Shown: piece by piece, positions 38,001 to 51,200 of the stretch | How positions within the stretch are numbered: position 1 is the stretch's first letter | Layout: each line of letters opens with the position of its first letter | NCBI RefSeq assembly: GCF_037042905.1 | Contig: NC_087251.1 | Span: 46,130,001-46,194,000, forward strand | Length of the DNA: 64,000 nucleotides | Reading direction: 5' to 3' | Source of the DNA: Lytechinus pictus | Lineage: Eukaryota | Made by a program: the position numbers and the translations under genes | The notes under the pieces: generated by a model | What the model saw: the letters and a program-made list of their open reading frames with translations, nothing else | Databases searched by the model: none | Told to the model about the DNA's origin: nothing

Positions 38001-41000
38001 TTGCATTCATTTAGTCCACATAAAACATGGAAGAAAAACAACGTTTGGGCTTTACAAGGCTTTACAACAGGGGAGTGTTTCATCAACATTTTCATCCGAG
38101 TCAGATCTAACAACTTTCCTTGATTTCAATTGGCTGAGAAGCACTGTTTCTATGGTAACTGTCGGGTGAAATCGGGACTTGTCTGATAAAAGGTCTGACA
38201 AGTCCTTTCATGAAATGTTCCCCAGAACATGATCGAAGAATACAATGAGTGGAAAAGGTATACATTTTTTTTTTTTTCTTCGAGAATAATTCCTGCCTCC
38301 CTCTTCCCATACAGTTTTAGTATAAGCCTAAGGCAGCCTAGTTCTTGATTATAGAACTATAATTTTGGATCAAGCAATATAGGAAGAAACATTGATGATA
38401 CTCATGATTAAAATCCTATGTGAATGTTATGTGTCTAATTAAATCATACAGGAAATATAACACAACAATTGGTCATTACAAGATACGACGGTTCTCATGA
38501 GTCAGGTTGGACTCATTTTATATAGGCCTATTCAGTAATTCAGTGTACCAATAAAGTACTGATAAAGCTGACATAGAAAGGCTTCACCCTAAGAAGACTG
38601 GGGGCTGATTCAGCTGATTCAGCCCCCCCTCAAAATTTTTTGCAATAAATCCGATCGCGTTGCTCGCTGACTTTTTACTTTCAAGTCTCGCGCAACTTTT
38701 GAGACCAAAATTGTGACCCCCGGGTACGCGGTTCCGAAATTACGCAACATTTCGTAAGTGCATGCAGACCCAAATTGCTCAAAAATGTGAATTTGTGTAC
38801 AAATCCAATGCAAATAGTGTTTTTAGCCAAAATTTATAAATGTATCATTATTTTCCCTTTTACTGATTAAAATCAATTAATTCCATCAAGTTTATAGTCA
38901 AAATAAACTCATCGACAATTTTCATTGAAAAAACAATAAAAAACAAAGTCGAAAAACAAAGAAATACATAAGAAATTTAGAAAACAATAAAATACATAAG
39001 AAAATGAAGGTGATGTTGAAATTTTTTTAAGTACATTTGATCAGATCCTTATAAAGAGTCCGTGTACAAGAAAAATAGCATTTTAGCGGCATTATTTAGT
39101 AAATTAGAGCAAACTTTTGATTTTATGCATAAATTAGCATAATTAATTAGCATGAGATTTTTTGCAGAATTTGATCTTATAGTTTTCGAGATTATGCCAT
39201 GGGTAACGCACGTGCCAATTTTCGTCGCAGTCACGCGATCGACGGCCGAGATCATAAGGGGGGGGGGGCTGAATCAGCCCCCCCTCAGTCTTCTTATAAA
39301 ATAGCCAAGTCTATTTAGGGTAAATCGTCAGAACAACATCTAAGCATTTCTAAGCTTCATCAATCTATTAGAGTGTAAAAGACTATTTGTCCAATGTTAT
39401 GCTAAAAAAAAAATGGAAACCAGGAATCCTGGCATAATGTATCCTGGGCATATCAACAATTTCCCAAGTGGTCTATTTTTAGTTTTGACAGCTAGCCTAG
39501 GTTATCAAACGGTCCAAATGATATCTCGGACGGAACGGACTGGCTTTCAATCACTTCCTACATGGAATCCAGATACTCCAGTTCTGGGGCCGGAGCATTT
39601 CATGAAAGAATTTACTGGACATTGTATAAAATGCAACATTTATATAACGCTTAATACAAATGTTTCTAAACGGACCTTGTGGTTCGAAGTTCAGAGACTT
39701 ATCCACTGAGCCACAACACCTCTATCTGACAAGTCCTATTTTATCCAATGGTAAGCATGGTAATAGTGCTTCTCAGTGAACCTAAACTAGAAGAAAGCTG
39801 TTATGATCTAACAACTTGTAGGACAAAAGTGTTGATGAAATGCCTTCACAGTTTTCATACGACCCAAATATTTCCCACTTGCCTCGGACAATTAGCATGT
39901 CTTCTCTAGGCCTAAATGTACCCTTTTTCAAGGTTTCCACCATTATAAAGCCTAATCGCTCACAATGGCAGTCTCCCACATTTTTTAAAACTGTCACTGT
40001 GTTTAATGATTTATACATTTTGTTTATATTATTGATCCAATGCTTATACTACAACTATATTATTAATTTGATATACATTACATTTGTACAAATTACCTTG
40101 TAAACTTACATCTTACATGCATTGAATGCATAAATAAAAGCAATTTACCAATCAATCAATCAATCAGTCAATCAATCTCCTTAGGGCAATGAAATTTATG
40201 CATTACTACTTTAAAGTAAATCTAGAAGGTTTCCCACCTGTCAAGAATCCCATGGTAATACAAAGAACAATGGGGTTTGGGGCGAAGACACTTGTAAGTG
40301 TCCCAGCAACAAAGGCAACACCTCCATACAGACTACCGTAGTGGCATCCATATCTGGTAATCACGATGCCGGATGGAATCCCTGTTGAGGAAAGCAAAGT
40401 CACAGGACCACAATATAAACACAATTAGGAACTTTTTAGCAAGGGATGTAACTCAATTTTATTAATTTTATTTATCAGGTATATTAACCACTGTAAGGTG
40501 TGATACGTCAGTCACTATACTAGTATAACCTAATGATCATTATTCAAATTCTGCATCGGTGTGGAAACCAGTGGCGGATCCAAGGGGGGGGGGGGCACAG
40601 CCGGCCAGTGCCCCCCCCCTTTGAGAGGCACAATTAAAATTTGTAATGTAAAAATGCGTTAAAAAAGAAGAGTGCCCCCCCCCCCCTTTGAAAGTGAAGA
40701 CGTTTTTTTTGCTTGTCAATTTTTTCCTTGGGAAAATGTGCCCCCCCCCCCTTTGGAAAATCCTGGATCCGCCCCTGGCGGAAACGATTAATGACCTCAA
40801 TTAAGATGACAATATTGGTTGGTCACCAGTGCTACTCAAACTCTCATAAATTACGAATGAACATATCTTCACCAGACTTCTTAGCCCATCAGAACTACTC
40901 AAATTCCAATGAATTACGAATGAACGTAATATATCTTATCAGACTTATTTGCCCACCAGAACTACTCAAATTCTAATGAATCACAAATGAACGTATACAA

Positions 41001-41886
41001 TATCTTCTCCTGACTCATTCGCCAAACCTTAAATAATGAATTAAAGCCAAAAGGAATAATCTTTGAATTGTTATCTCTTTGTGAATACATTTCATGTTTT
41101 ATAAGTTCATATAACTAAGACAAGTCCTGCAGATGTCTTTCAATTGTCTTTCAGAGATCTTTTATTCAACAAGTGATCTTTCAGAATTCTTTCCATGGAC
41201 TCTCCCTGGTCTTACAATGATCTCTCATGAGTCTTACAGTGATCTCTGCAAAAATCTTGAGAGACTGTCAAAAGATCATGGAAAGACTAGTAAGAACTTT
41301 GAAAGTTCATAGAAAGACATCTGAAAGACCACCAAAAGACCATTTTCCTGAAAGACTGTTTTGAATCGTTTCAAAAAGTTTTAGGACTCATGAGGAACTC
41401 AAAGACTATTGAAAGATCCATCCGGAATCATGAAAGACCTCGAAGATCTTTGAAAGTTGATTGAAAGACCTTTGAAAGATCAAGCAAATTTCATGGTCTT
41501 ACAGCAGTCTTTCAGAAGTCTTGCTCTCTACGGAATGGGGGTATAAGTCTCACTCCAACGAAACTGACTCCAATCCACCCAGTGATAATAACAACGTTAT
41601 GGCTTTGATCGGTCTGGAGTCTTCTTCGTTGGTATGTCTGTAGCATCATAGAGATAGTGAGATCGGGGCAATACTGACAAATCGTCACATATTTCTCACC
41701 TGAAAGAAGTCCCGATGCTGCCAACACCGTCACGATCAAGCTGACCTGAGTCGAGGAAGTGTCGTAGTACTCCCGCCATTCTACCAGAAACACACCAAGA
41801 CAACGGTAGGTTCCCCCGAAGATCACCATGCTCATGTGAGCACACAGGAGAACTAACAAACGGCGGGCTTTGTGCTCCCCCTCCAT
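35191..41886 (-). CDS. Monocarboxylate transporter family (SLC16/MCT, MFS) protein, 5 coding exons, about 582 aa
   Basis: Exons 41886-41700, 40381-40238, 37713-36624, 36048-35885 and 35354-35191 have GT-AG sites and consistent phases (1749 nt). MCT motifs include LGVFLVEWREYY, ANGIALAGGSIG..FPP, FGWRGAMLIL, a large acidic central loop, ARLGSGWIVD and GPVFAGALYDASNSY. Confidence 0.9.
38586..39322. mobile_element. piggyBac-like MITE (CCCT...AGGG termini)
   Basis: CCCTAAGAAGACTGGGGGCTGATTCAGC is mirrored by GCTGAATCAGCCCCCCCTCAGTCTTCTTA...TAGGG. Confidence 0.55.
40569..40776. mobile_element. Short G/C-tract MITE
   Basis: CAGTGGCGGATCCAAGGG / CCTGGATCCGCCCCTG termini. Related fragments lie at ~8346, 33860 and 44015. 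Confidence 0.6.
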
Positions 41887-42307
41887 CTATCGTCGAGGTT
41901 TCTTGGCAATGTCTTGCTGATAATAGTAAAAGTTTGCAGAAATGTATTTACTTTTGAAGAATACAGAGAATATCATAATGAACAAACGTCGTATTTTGTG
42001 AAATCCTGCAATCTCTTAACACGATTTCTTGTCAATGGTTTTCTGATTTTTTTAAAGTTTACAGAATTGTTTGCTCGGAGGAATACAATAATGTGAGAAA
42101 AAGGTCGTTTTTGTGCTTTCCCGCCGTCGCTCAACTTGGTTCACTCGTAATGTCTTTCTGCTATTGGTAATTAAACGTTTACAGATATATTTATTTTGAA
42201 GAATACAGGGAATATGAGAATAAAGAAACGTCGTGCCTCGTGCTCCCATGTTCAAAAAGTTAACAGAGATGCCTATTTTTAAGAATATAAAGAGTAAGAA
42301 CAAACAA

Positions 42308-42615
42308 TTAATAATAATAATAATAATAATAATAATTAGACTTATATCGCGCCAAATCCACTCTGTAGAGTGTTCAAGGCGCTTTTTAGGAAATTATAAA
42401 ATAAATTAAGAAGAATTGAACAGAAATGTTTTGAGGTAATGTTTAAAAGTTTCAGAAGTCAAGCATTGTTTGATGTTTTGAGGGAGGCTATTCCATAGCT
42501 TAGAGGATGAGTAAACAAATGATCTTTCACCCCAGGTTTTGGAAATTTTGGGGGTAACAAGAGAATTGGAAAAGGAGGAACGTAAGGATCTTGAAGGGGT
42601 ATAACTTTTAAACAA
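42308..42615 (-). mobile_element. 3' fragment of an L2/CR1-group LINE
   Basis: YTPSRSLRSS...WGERSFVYSSSKLWNSLP...FKHYLKTFLF C-terminus followed by a (TTA)n tail. Confidence 0.75.
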
Positions 42616-43243
42616 TTAAAGGTCTACTTTGTGCTTTACCTATATCTCTCAAAAAGATTCATTGTCACTGTTTTTTCTGAAAATGTTAAAATCAACAGAA
42701 TTATTTGCTCTGATCGAATATTAAGAACACGAGAACAAGCAGCTAGACGTTGTACTTTTTGCCTTTCTCTACATCTCTAGACTAGGATCCCTGTTCATAT
42801 TTTTAAAATTTGCATAAATATTTCATTTGAAGAATGAAAAGAAGATCTTAACAAACGTTTTGTACTTTGTGCTTCAGCTCCATCTTTAAAGTGCGGTCAG
42901 TTCTTTAATAAAGTCTTTCTGATCATGGTTTAATTGCAGGAATATTTTCTTTGAAGAATACAGAGGATATGAAAACAACGAAACGTCGCATTTTGTGCTT
43001 TCCCGCCATCGGCCCATCGCCCAGGTTCCTTATGTTAATGTCTTTCTGATCATGTTTAATGTTTACTAAAGAAATATTAGTGTAAAAAAATATGAGAACA
43101 GACGTCGTACTTTGCTTTTACTCTGACTCTCAACAAAAGTCCTAGTTAATGTCTTTCTAATCATGCTAAAACATTACAGAAATGTTTACTTTGAAAAATA
43201 CAATGATATATGAGAACAAACGCTGTACTTTGTGCTTTCCTTC

Positions 43244-45647
43244 CAGGCCCAGTAACCGGAGGGAGGTGGTGCCAACCCCGCCGCTTGCCAATAGAAAAAA
43301 AAAATCCTGTTTTTAAGTCAATATGCACAATTTATTCTGCACGCGATTCGATTTTCATTATTTTGTTATAGCGAGAAAATCAATTATGTATCCTAATAAA
43401 TGATTACCAAAAGTGCAGAATATTGAAGAAATGTTCAGCTCAGGCCACGCGCTCGAATCATTATTTTGATTATTTGAGATATGTATCCCATTCCTGAATT
43501 CCAACTAACAATCTTTGAAATATCCACTTATCAGGACTGTAGGCATATCAATTATTTTCAGCGGGGGGGCATTCGTATTAATTGTTTAGTTTGACATTTG
43601 TCCTATTCATAATTTCAAATGGTGCTTAGAATGTCCCGTTGTTAAAACTAAATTTCCCGCCAAAATTAAGCTCGCGCATCTCGCTTACATCATACAGTAA
43701 CAAAAAATGTCCTCTTCATAATGGTCCTATAAAGTCATGTTTGAAAGCGTTTAACACGATCAAATCGATCTTCACGCTCACACTAATTCGTTTCTTTATT
43801 TAAAAGCGTGCTAACTAAAATGTCAAATTTTAGATTGGAATATCAAAAATTTTCAGCTCGCGCTTTGCGCTCGAATAATTTCTCTAGCAATTAGACTCTC
43901 ATCCTTTTCATGATTCCAAAACGTGAATATAATATCCCGCTTTTAGGAACCTAGCAAAGGCTCGCGCTTCGGATTTGCAATAATTGTTTAGTGAACGTGT
44001 ACACTATCTTTCAGAGGCGTCGATCCGGCTGGGGGGGGGGGGGGAGCGATCGCCCCACCAATGAAAATATTGGGGTGGCAAGCGTGTCGCTTTGCCCCCT
44101 AATAATTCCGTGAGTGCAAACATAAAATAAAACTGTAATGTTACACAGAAATCAGCAAATTAACCGAACACAATATAACATTTACTTTTTCATCTATAGT
44201 ACAGAACAAAAATATGATTTCTCCGCGCGGGAAATGATATACATTTACGCAGAAATCTCATTGAATATCATAGGCATGGAATTCTTTCTGCCAATAAATA
44301 AACAAGAAAATGGCAAACCCCTTTTTTATAGGCGGATCCAGGTGAGTTATGTACATCTCTAAATTCATTCTAACAAACTACTTTAAAAAACCCTTTCCAT
44401 GACAAATTTCCAAAACTCATTCCATGAAAAATTTCGGCTCGAGATTTGCGCTCGCATCGATTGTTATAAATAAACATTAACCCATGCATCCTATTCATAG
44501 TGCTTAAAATGTCAATTTTCCAGGCGTTAATAGGCCTATCAACAAATTTGACTCTCTCATTAAGCTTATTAGATTAATAAATAAGATAATATTATATCCA
44601 CGAATTCCTAATTATCAAATTGTCCCTTTTTTCAGATTGGAATATCGACAAGTTTCATCTCGAGCATATTATGAAGATATTATGTCTTTAAAATACCCCG
44701 GTCCCAAATAAAAATAACAATATATCAGCTCGCGCCTGCACCATTTATTCATTGCGATCCATATTCACTTCACAATTTCCTTCACAGTGATTGAAATAGT
44801 GCATAAATTGACTCTTCTTCAGATCGGAATATCATATTTTTTTCATTATAAAAGAAATGTATTTAGAATGCCCAGAATCCAGTTCGCATTATTAATGTAG
44901 GAAGATACCCAATTACCCATCCTTTTCATGATTTCCAAAACATTAATAGAGTGTCCCATTTTTAGGTCTGTCAATTTTTTCCCGCTCGCATTAATTATTT
45001 AGTTATATACCTATCTTGTTCATGATTATATACAAAAAAGTGCCTAGAATTTCAATTTGTTAGGTAGGAATAACAAAAAATTTCTGCTCGCGCTTCGCGC
45101 TCGCATTATTTGATTGTTGAATTATGTTTTGTCTTTATGGCAAAGTACCTTTCGTCGCCCCTGCTATCTTTATTAAAAACGTCCCTAAACTGTAATTTTT
45201 TTCAGATCGATGTAACAAAACTTCTGCTCGCGCTTGCATTATTTTGCTTGGTGAGATGTGTATCTTCCCCATGAGTCACTGGCTCACTGCAAATAGTCCT
45301 TTTTCCTGTTTTCATGTCAGTATATTTAATATTTCAGCTCGGACTTCGCGCTCCTTTAATAATATTGTTTACTTAGATACGCATCTTCATCCAAAAATGC
45401 TCTGAGAGTTAACTTTTCAGGTCTGAATACCAACTATCAAAAAGTTTGAGCTCGCCCTCGCATTATTTTTTTTTTAAGCAGCCGATATGGGGATCACAAC
45501 GTAGGTGAATTTTCTTCCCCATACACTCCCCGTATTGGCGAAAGCTGGATCTATATACCCCGGGACGTAACATAACTGATCATTAACTAGAAGGCTCATA
45601 ATCTATAACTCGGAACCCCCTAATAGAAAATCCTGGAAACGGGCCTG
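43244..45647. mobile_element. Composite non-autonomous element with internal ~100-bp subrepeats
   Basis: Imperfect TIRs CAGGCCCAGTAACCGGA / TCCTGGAAACGGGCCTG. The motif TTTCAGCTCGCGCTTCGCGCTCGCATT recurs many times (e.g. 43851, 44430, 45081, 45222, 45332). The SLC16-derived array resumes after the element. Confidence 0.6.
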
Positions 45648-47736
45648 CCTTTCATCTCTGAATTACATTCCTTGGCAACGTCTTCCTGATCAGATTACAA
45701 ATTTAACGAAATATTTCTTAGAATAATATAAGGAATCAAGATATGGGAACAAACAACGTCGTATTTTGTACTTTGTACTCTAAATTAGAATCCCTGTTAA
45801 TGTCTTTATATTTTAAATGTCACGTTGATGAATTACAGAAATAATTAAGGATAAGAGAGAACAAACGTACTTTGTGCTTTGCCTCTATCGGTCATAGCCC
45901 AAATGAGCTTCTTGTTTTCTTTTTGATGATATTAATATTTGTTTCTTTGTTTCATCATAATGGGAATTAACATGAACATTTTTATATTTCTGCACGGTCT
46001 GAGTAAGTTTTAGGAACCAATAATCTGTACTCTAAGAACGGCATCTTCTGTTTGGTTTGCTGAAAATAATCGCAGTCGTGCCAAAATGAACATATATGAA
46101 GAATGATTTTGATAACTATTTAAGATTTAAACGATACCGTGCAGGTCAGTTTTAACCAGCATGATGCACAAACATTGTACTAGTTGATAGTTTTGCTTTC
46201 ATTACTTTGTATATGAACTGAATTATCTTGACTCCTTGATTCATCATGCGCGTATATAAGTTGGAGCCGTGGCAAATAAATAATCAAACAACAACAAAGA
46301 GGTCACCGAGACCAAAATACACTTGCATGAAGTAATATCTGGTTATAATTAAACCAACACACATAGTGTCAAAAACTGATAAATTAATTAAAAATTAGAA
46401 AAATAATGAAATAATATTAAGAGAGAGATAGAGATAGAAATTCTTTCGTCCGAATTCATCACTCCTATTTTCTCAAATAATGCACAAAATCATAATTTGA
46501 GTTTCTCAATTCTTACCTGATAATTTTGTTTCTGTGATGAAAAATGTGATGGGGACGTTACCTCTGAATCCTCGTTCCCGAACTGTAACAAAATTAAACG
46601 TTTCATGAAATTGTCCACGGTCATGCGACATTACCTCTATTACATCGTGGCAAAAATACTTCAGGACATATACATTGGAAATGCTTGTAATATCAAAAGT
46701 AGCAGATAAAAAAATACAAACATGTGGAGCCTTGATTTGTTGAAATATAATGTAAGAAACTGCCAAATGGATCAATTCCCGCCAGGCATATAATTTCAAG
46801 GAACAGCAGTATGGTTCGCAGAGTGTAATGCTTTATCGATGTTGCGTAATATATCGGATATTATTTTCCAGAGGGAGAATGCACTGTACGTATGGTGTGA
46901 CTAGACTTTGTACTGTACGTTCCTACCACTCATCCTACTGCTCGCATCCCGGCATCTATCCATGGTTTAAAGGTAAAGATCACGAAATATGATCGTTAAG
47001 AACCGGTTGTTATTGGTGCAATTATAGTTATCAAAATAGTATAGCAGAATTCACTCAAAAACATATCACATACACTCGGAGTTGGAAGCCTATCTATAAG
47101 GAACATTGTAGTTACATCATACCCGGGCTGCCGGGCATCATACTGCCCTAGCTGGGTGAATGTCAAATAGATAGCCCAGCATATGTATGCCATGCCCCGT
47201 GCTATGCCTACGTGAATAAATATAATAGACAGATATGCCAGTAGAATCATGAGAACAGATATAACCCAGCATATACACAAGTTACGTATATTATAGGCCC
47301 ATTATAGGCCTACATGAATATATAGACAGGTAGATCTACCTCTCCCGAGCCCCTGTAAACAAATATTACTCGGTCGGTCACTTGAACCAGTAATAAGAGC
47401 ACTCACGAACAAATGGACAATATCGTCTGCGTTGTACTGTCCACTCTATCCTATGCATGGAAGCGGTATATTATATTCCCTCTTCGTACGCCATCCGATG
47501 TACTCACTGATTGGTCGGCGTACAATAAACAGATCTCAGTGGATGGAGTGAACAGATCAACATAACTCCTTGAGCGAACCATGGAGCAAGCTCCATTAGC
47601 GAACAATGGAGGAGAGAATAAATAATGGAATTACGCCATCTGTAGGCGACAAAAGCTCGGGTGGTCATGATCAGCGCTGTGGCGTGCGCGTGCAATCTAA
47701 GCTCGTGTGGGGGAATTTACAAATTGATGCAGAGGT

Positions 47737-48270
47737 CCCGGGGGGGCACTCGACCAAAAAAGTGGTAGGGGTGTGCCGCGGGAGAGGCAAAAAACGGGGG
47801 CCTGAAGCGGGCTTATTGTAAAAAGGAGGGTCCTCGGAACGGGCTTCGGAACTACAAATGTTTGTGAAAACGGGGGTCCTCGGAACGGATCTCCGTATCT
47901 CTGTGAGTGCGTATGCATCCATACGGAACGGGCAATTGTGCATGACGCAGCTAGCGCGGCCTCCGCCGGGTGCGCTCGCGCTTAGGCGATGGTCGAAAAG
48001 CGCTCTACGGCCGCTTTTCACCAAAATTGTAGCAGATCAATGCGACCGGAACGGCGTAACGAAAAATATGCGAAGCTTTGGAGCGGATTTCTTTCTTCTT
48101 TTTTCTCGATAAGAAGGAAATGCTATGCCTTGGAGCGGCTTTCTTTGTTGTTTTTCTCTATAAGACAAAAATGCTATGCCTTGGAACGGAAATTTGAGTG
48201 TAAAAATGGGGGTCCCCTCCGCGGCACATACCCACTATGCATTGTATACTGAGTGCCCCCCCCCCCGGGG
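47737..48270. mobile_element. GC-rich MITE
   Basis: CCCGGGGGGGCACTC / GAGTGCCCCCCCCCCGGG inverted termini. Confidence 0.6.
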
Positions 48271-51200
48271 CAGAGGTTCGAGCCCTGGTCACGTCTTTCG
48301 GATGGTAACGTTAAAGGTCGGTTCCAGACACAAAAGATTATATCTAATTTATACACGTTTGACAAAACACGCATGGATGTTGGTGACATGGGGAAATTAT
48401 ATCCATGGTCTTCTTATAACGCCCGTTCTCGTGCTCTCTCAGAAAAAGAAAAAAGAGAGAGGCTCTCCAGGCTCTTTTTTTTCTTTTTCGTTACCATTGG
48501 CGATTCGAAGACTTAAATATTGTTATTGTTAAAATACAAGGACAAAGATTGATAACATATTATAATTGTGATAGATTTTTGACAAAGTGATACGACGGAT
48601 AATTTCTTTGATCAACCGGAACATCACAGTTCTTGGTATAGAGTTATAATTGTTCCACCATTATTACTGACATCGTATTTTTGTGTCAGATCCATCTCCT
48701 TATGCTGGATTAATGAACACCATATAAATTCTTTTTTTTAATACTATGTGGAAGAATAATCCAGATAAATTAGATGGGAAACACGTTGTAGGTGCACATG
48801 AACAAGGGAGCCCGAAAGTGCCAGACATTGAATTTTTCAATATGTCATTGAATGGACTTCATGACTATTACTCCTGAGCCATTTGCTCCTACCCAAAGTC
48901 ACACATTTAACCAAACATATTAAAACGTAAATTCATAATGTTCGTCGAGCTTTCAATTATCATAAATGTGACATAGTTATCATGCTTATGAAACATAATA
49001 TCAGATATTCCATAAATAGCGAGTGTGTGATTTCATCGACTTTGTCATTTGAACATCATTTATGTTGTGCATAACCCCGGTTATAACCATGAAAAATGTT
49101 TTAGAAAGATTAAGTAACCTCGAGGTGTCATGAATTCCAAAAAAAAATCCCATCCGATTTTAATGAAAATATTCAATGCCTGCTTGTTTGACTTTTTTTC
49201 GCAGTTTATTCAAATCAATTTCTTGTTGGTATGAAATAGACCTTTAAAAGCCGAGCCTCCTTTCTCAAATTCGATACAAACAATAAGTTACACTTACAGT
49301 CATAATCTATACCGGAGAATAACATAGCATCACACAAGGATTTAATATTTGTATGACTTTGATCAAAATTTACACTGGTTGACATTTCATTATTTTTTCA
49401 ATTTAACGCTACTTCGCCAGTATGTTGCAAATCAGGTTGAAAAATACCAACATGTAAAACTGGTGTGGTATAGCTTGGTAAAAATATAGACATGTAGGTT
49501 GGTCATTTTATGCAAGTGACCTTAGAGGCTTTCAACATAATTAAATATGAATAGCACTTTTTAACACTGACGCGCGTATGACATTTTTTATTTAGACATC
49601 ATTTATGTTTCTGTATTTCGTTTTTATATAATGTAGCACCTCGATTCATCAGAAAGTGTGCATATTACTGTTATTATTATTGTCGTTATAATAAATAAAA
49701 TCATAATCATAATAGTAATAATTACTATTATCATAACTTTTTGTCATTAAAATAATAATAACATTATCATTATTACTATTATTATTATTATTACTATAAT
49801 GATAATAAGTGATGATACTACTTTTGTCATTATTATTATTATTGTTATTATGATAATGACAATAATAATAATAGGCTTTCAAGTTGGTTACGATTTGCAT
49901 ACATTCTGACATTTCGCACGTCCATACATCACAAACCCCCTTTTTTAGGAAGCATTACAGATGGCTTTATTTTTTTAAATTTTATTCAATTCGATGTGAT
50001 TTATTTGTCAAGTCTACCCATAAAAGGGTAAAAATTCATGTGCATGCTAGCATAACGATCCACCTTAACTTTTATTCTTCATACATTCCCACCTGCAGCT
50101 CCGAGTAATAATAATAATAATAATACATATGATTTATATAGAGTAGAATGCATAACGCTTCGTTTACACTACTGCTTCTAAAGTATGTGAGTGACTTTTT
50201 GAAAGGTACTCTCTCATAAAGGCGTGTCTGATGATCTTTTTTTTTGGGGGGGGGGCAGTAGGATATCCGTGCCACTTTTGAACCAATATTGCTCAAAATG
50301 TACGTTTGGAATTTCCAATGTTTACATCAGTGTAATGTAGTTATTACCATTCTGTCTGTAAAACAACATGCATTTATTGATAAGCGAAAAAAGAAACATT
50401 TCTGAATATTAATTATTGAAGACAATTCTTGTAAAAAGCAATACTGTATTAGAGTATTAGAAAAATGAACTTTATCCGTTGACCCCCTTTTGTATTTCTT
50501 GTTTACGTGCAGGGGCCTGACTTGACAGACTGAATATCATACACCAACGCAAGATGATTATGGCAACCAATGTATTTAGATTAAAACATAAATGATGAAC
50601 CTAGCAACAGAAATGGGTAAGCGGGAGAAAAGGTAGCCTCTTGTCGAGACCCTGTCGGCTGCTTTCTGAGCGAACATGGCGAAGCAAGCTCAAGGGAGAG
50701 AGCGAAGCAGAGCGCCTGGCTCGCGCCAGGCCTAATTCGCTTTGCGAATTAGGAAATCCCCATGAGAGTTTAGGAAATCCCCATGAGAGTAATTAGTATA
50801 CATCTCTATGGAAATCCCTCACTTCGCTCGGGAAGCAGCCGCCAGGGCCTCGACAAGAGGCTAGAGAAAAGGTGGATTCTGGAAAATTCATGATCTTCTC
50901 TGTGAAGAACAGGGGCGCATTTCATGACATCAATACTAACTATTTTTCACGGACTGTGTTATAAGCTACAGAAACCCTTGGATCTGATTGGCTCAGGGTA
51001 AAGTTGTCAGTGAAAATCACTTAACTGTTGCTTCATGAAACCGTGTAAATTTAAGAAAGTGGGGAAGGAATAAACTTTCGGCGAGACCCATGTGTTTATG
51101 AGCGGAATAGAAATAAAATGATATAGGAGAAATTGTAACAGAATTATAAACATAGAAAATTTGAAAACGTTCTCGCTAATCAAAATTATTATTATTTTGA

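Larger units (their letters stand above)
41850..45900 (-). repeat. Decayed ~120-bp tandem array derived from the SLC16 intron/first-coding-exon junction, interrupted by an L2 tail and a 2.4-kb insertion
   Basis: The anchor (GAGAACAAACG)TCGTACTTTGTGCTTTCC recurs at ~41869, 41995, 42110, 42235, 42628, 42755, 42865, 42991, 43110, 43228, 45765 and 45871. Confidence 0.75.

Noticed and set aside
41850..45900. Regularly spaced motif array as a CRISPR array
   Set aside because: The context is eukaryotic, whole units are homologous and degenerate (no unique spacers), and there are no cas genes.
47300..47720. Candidate SLC16 non-coding first exon or promoter (minus-strand GTGAGT donors near 47406 and 47507)
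   Set aside because: Plausible, but the donors cannot be told apart or confirmed without transcript data.
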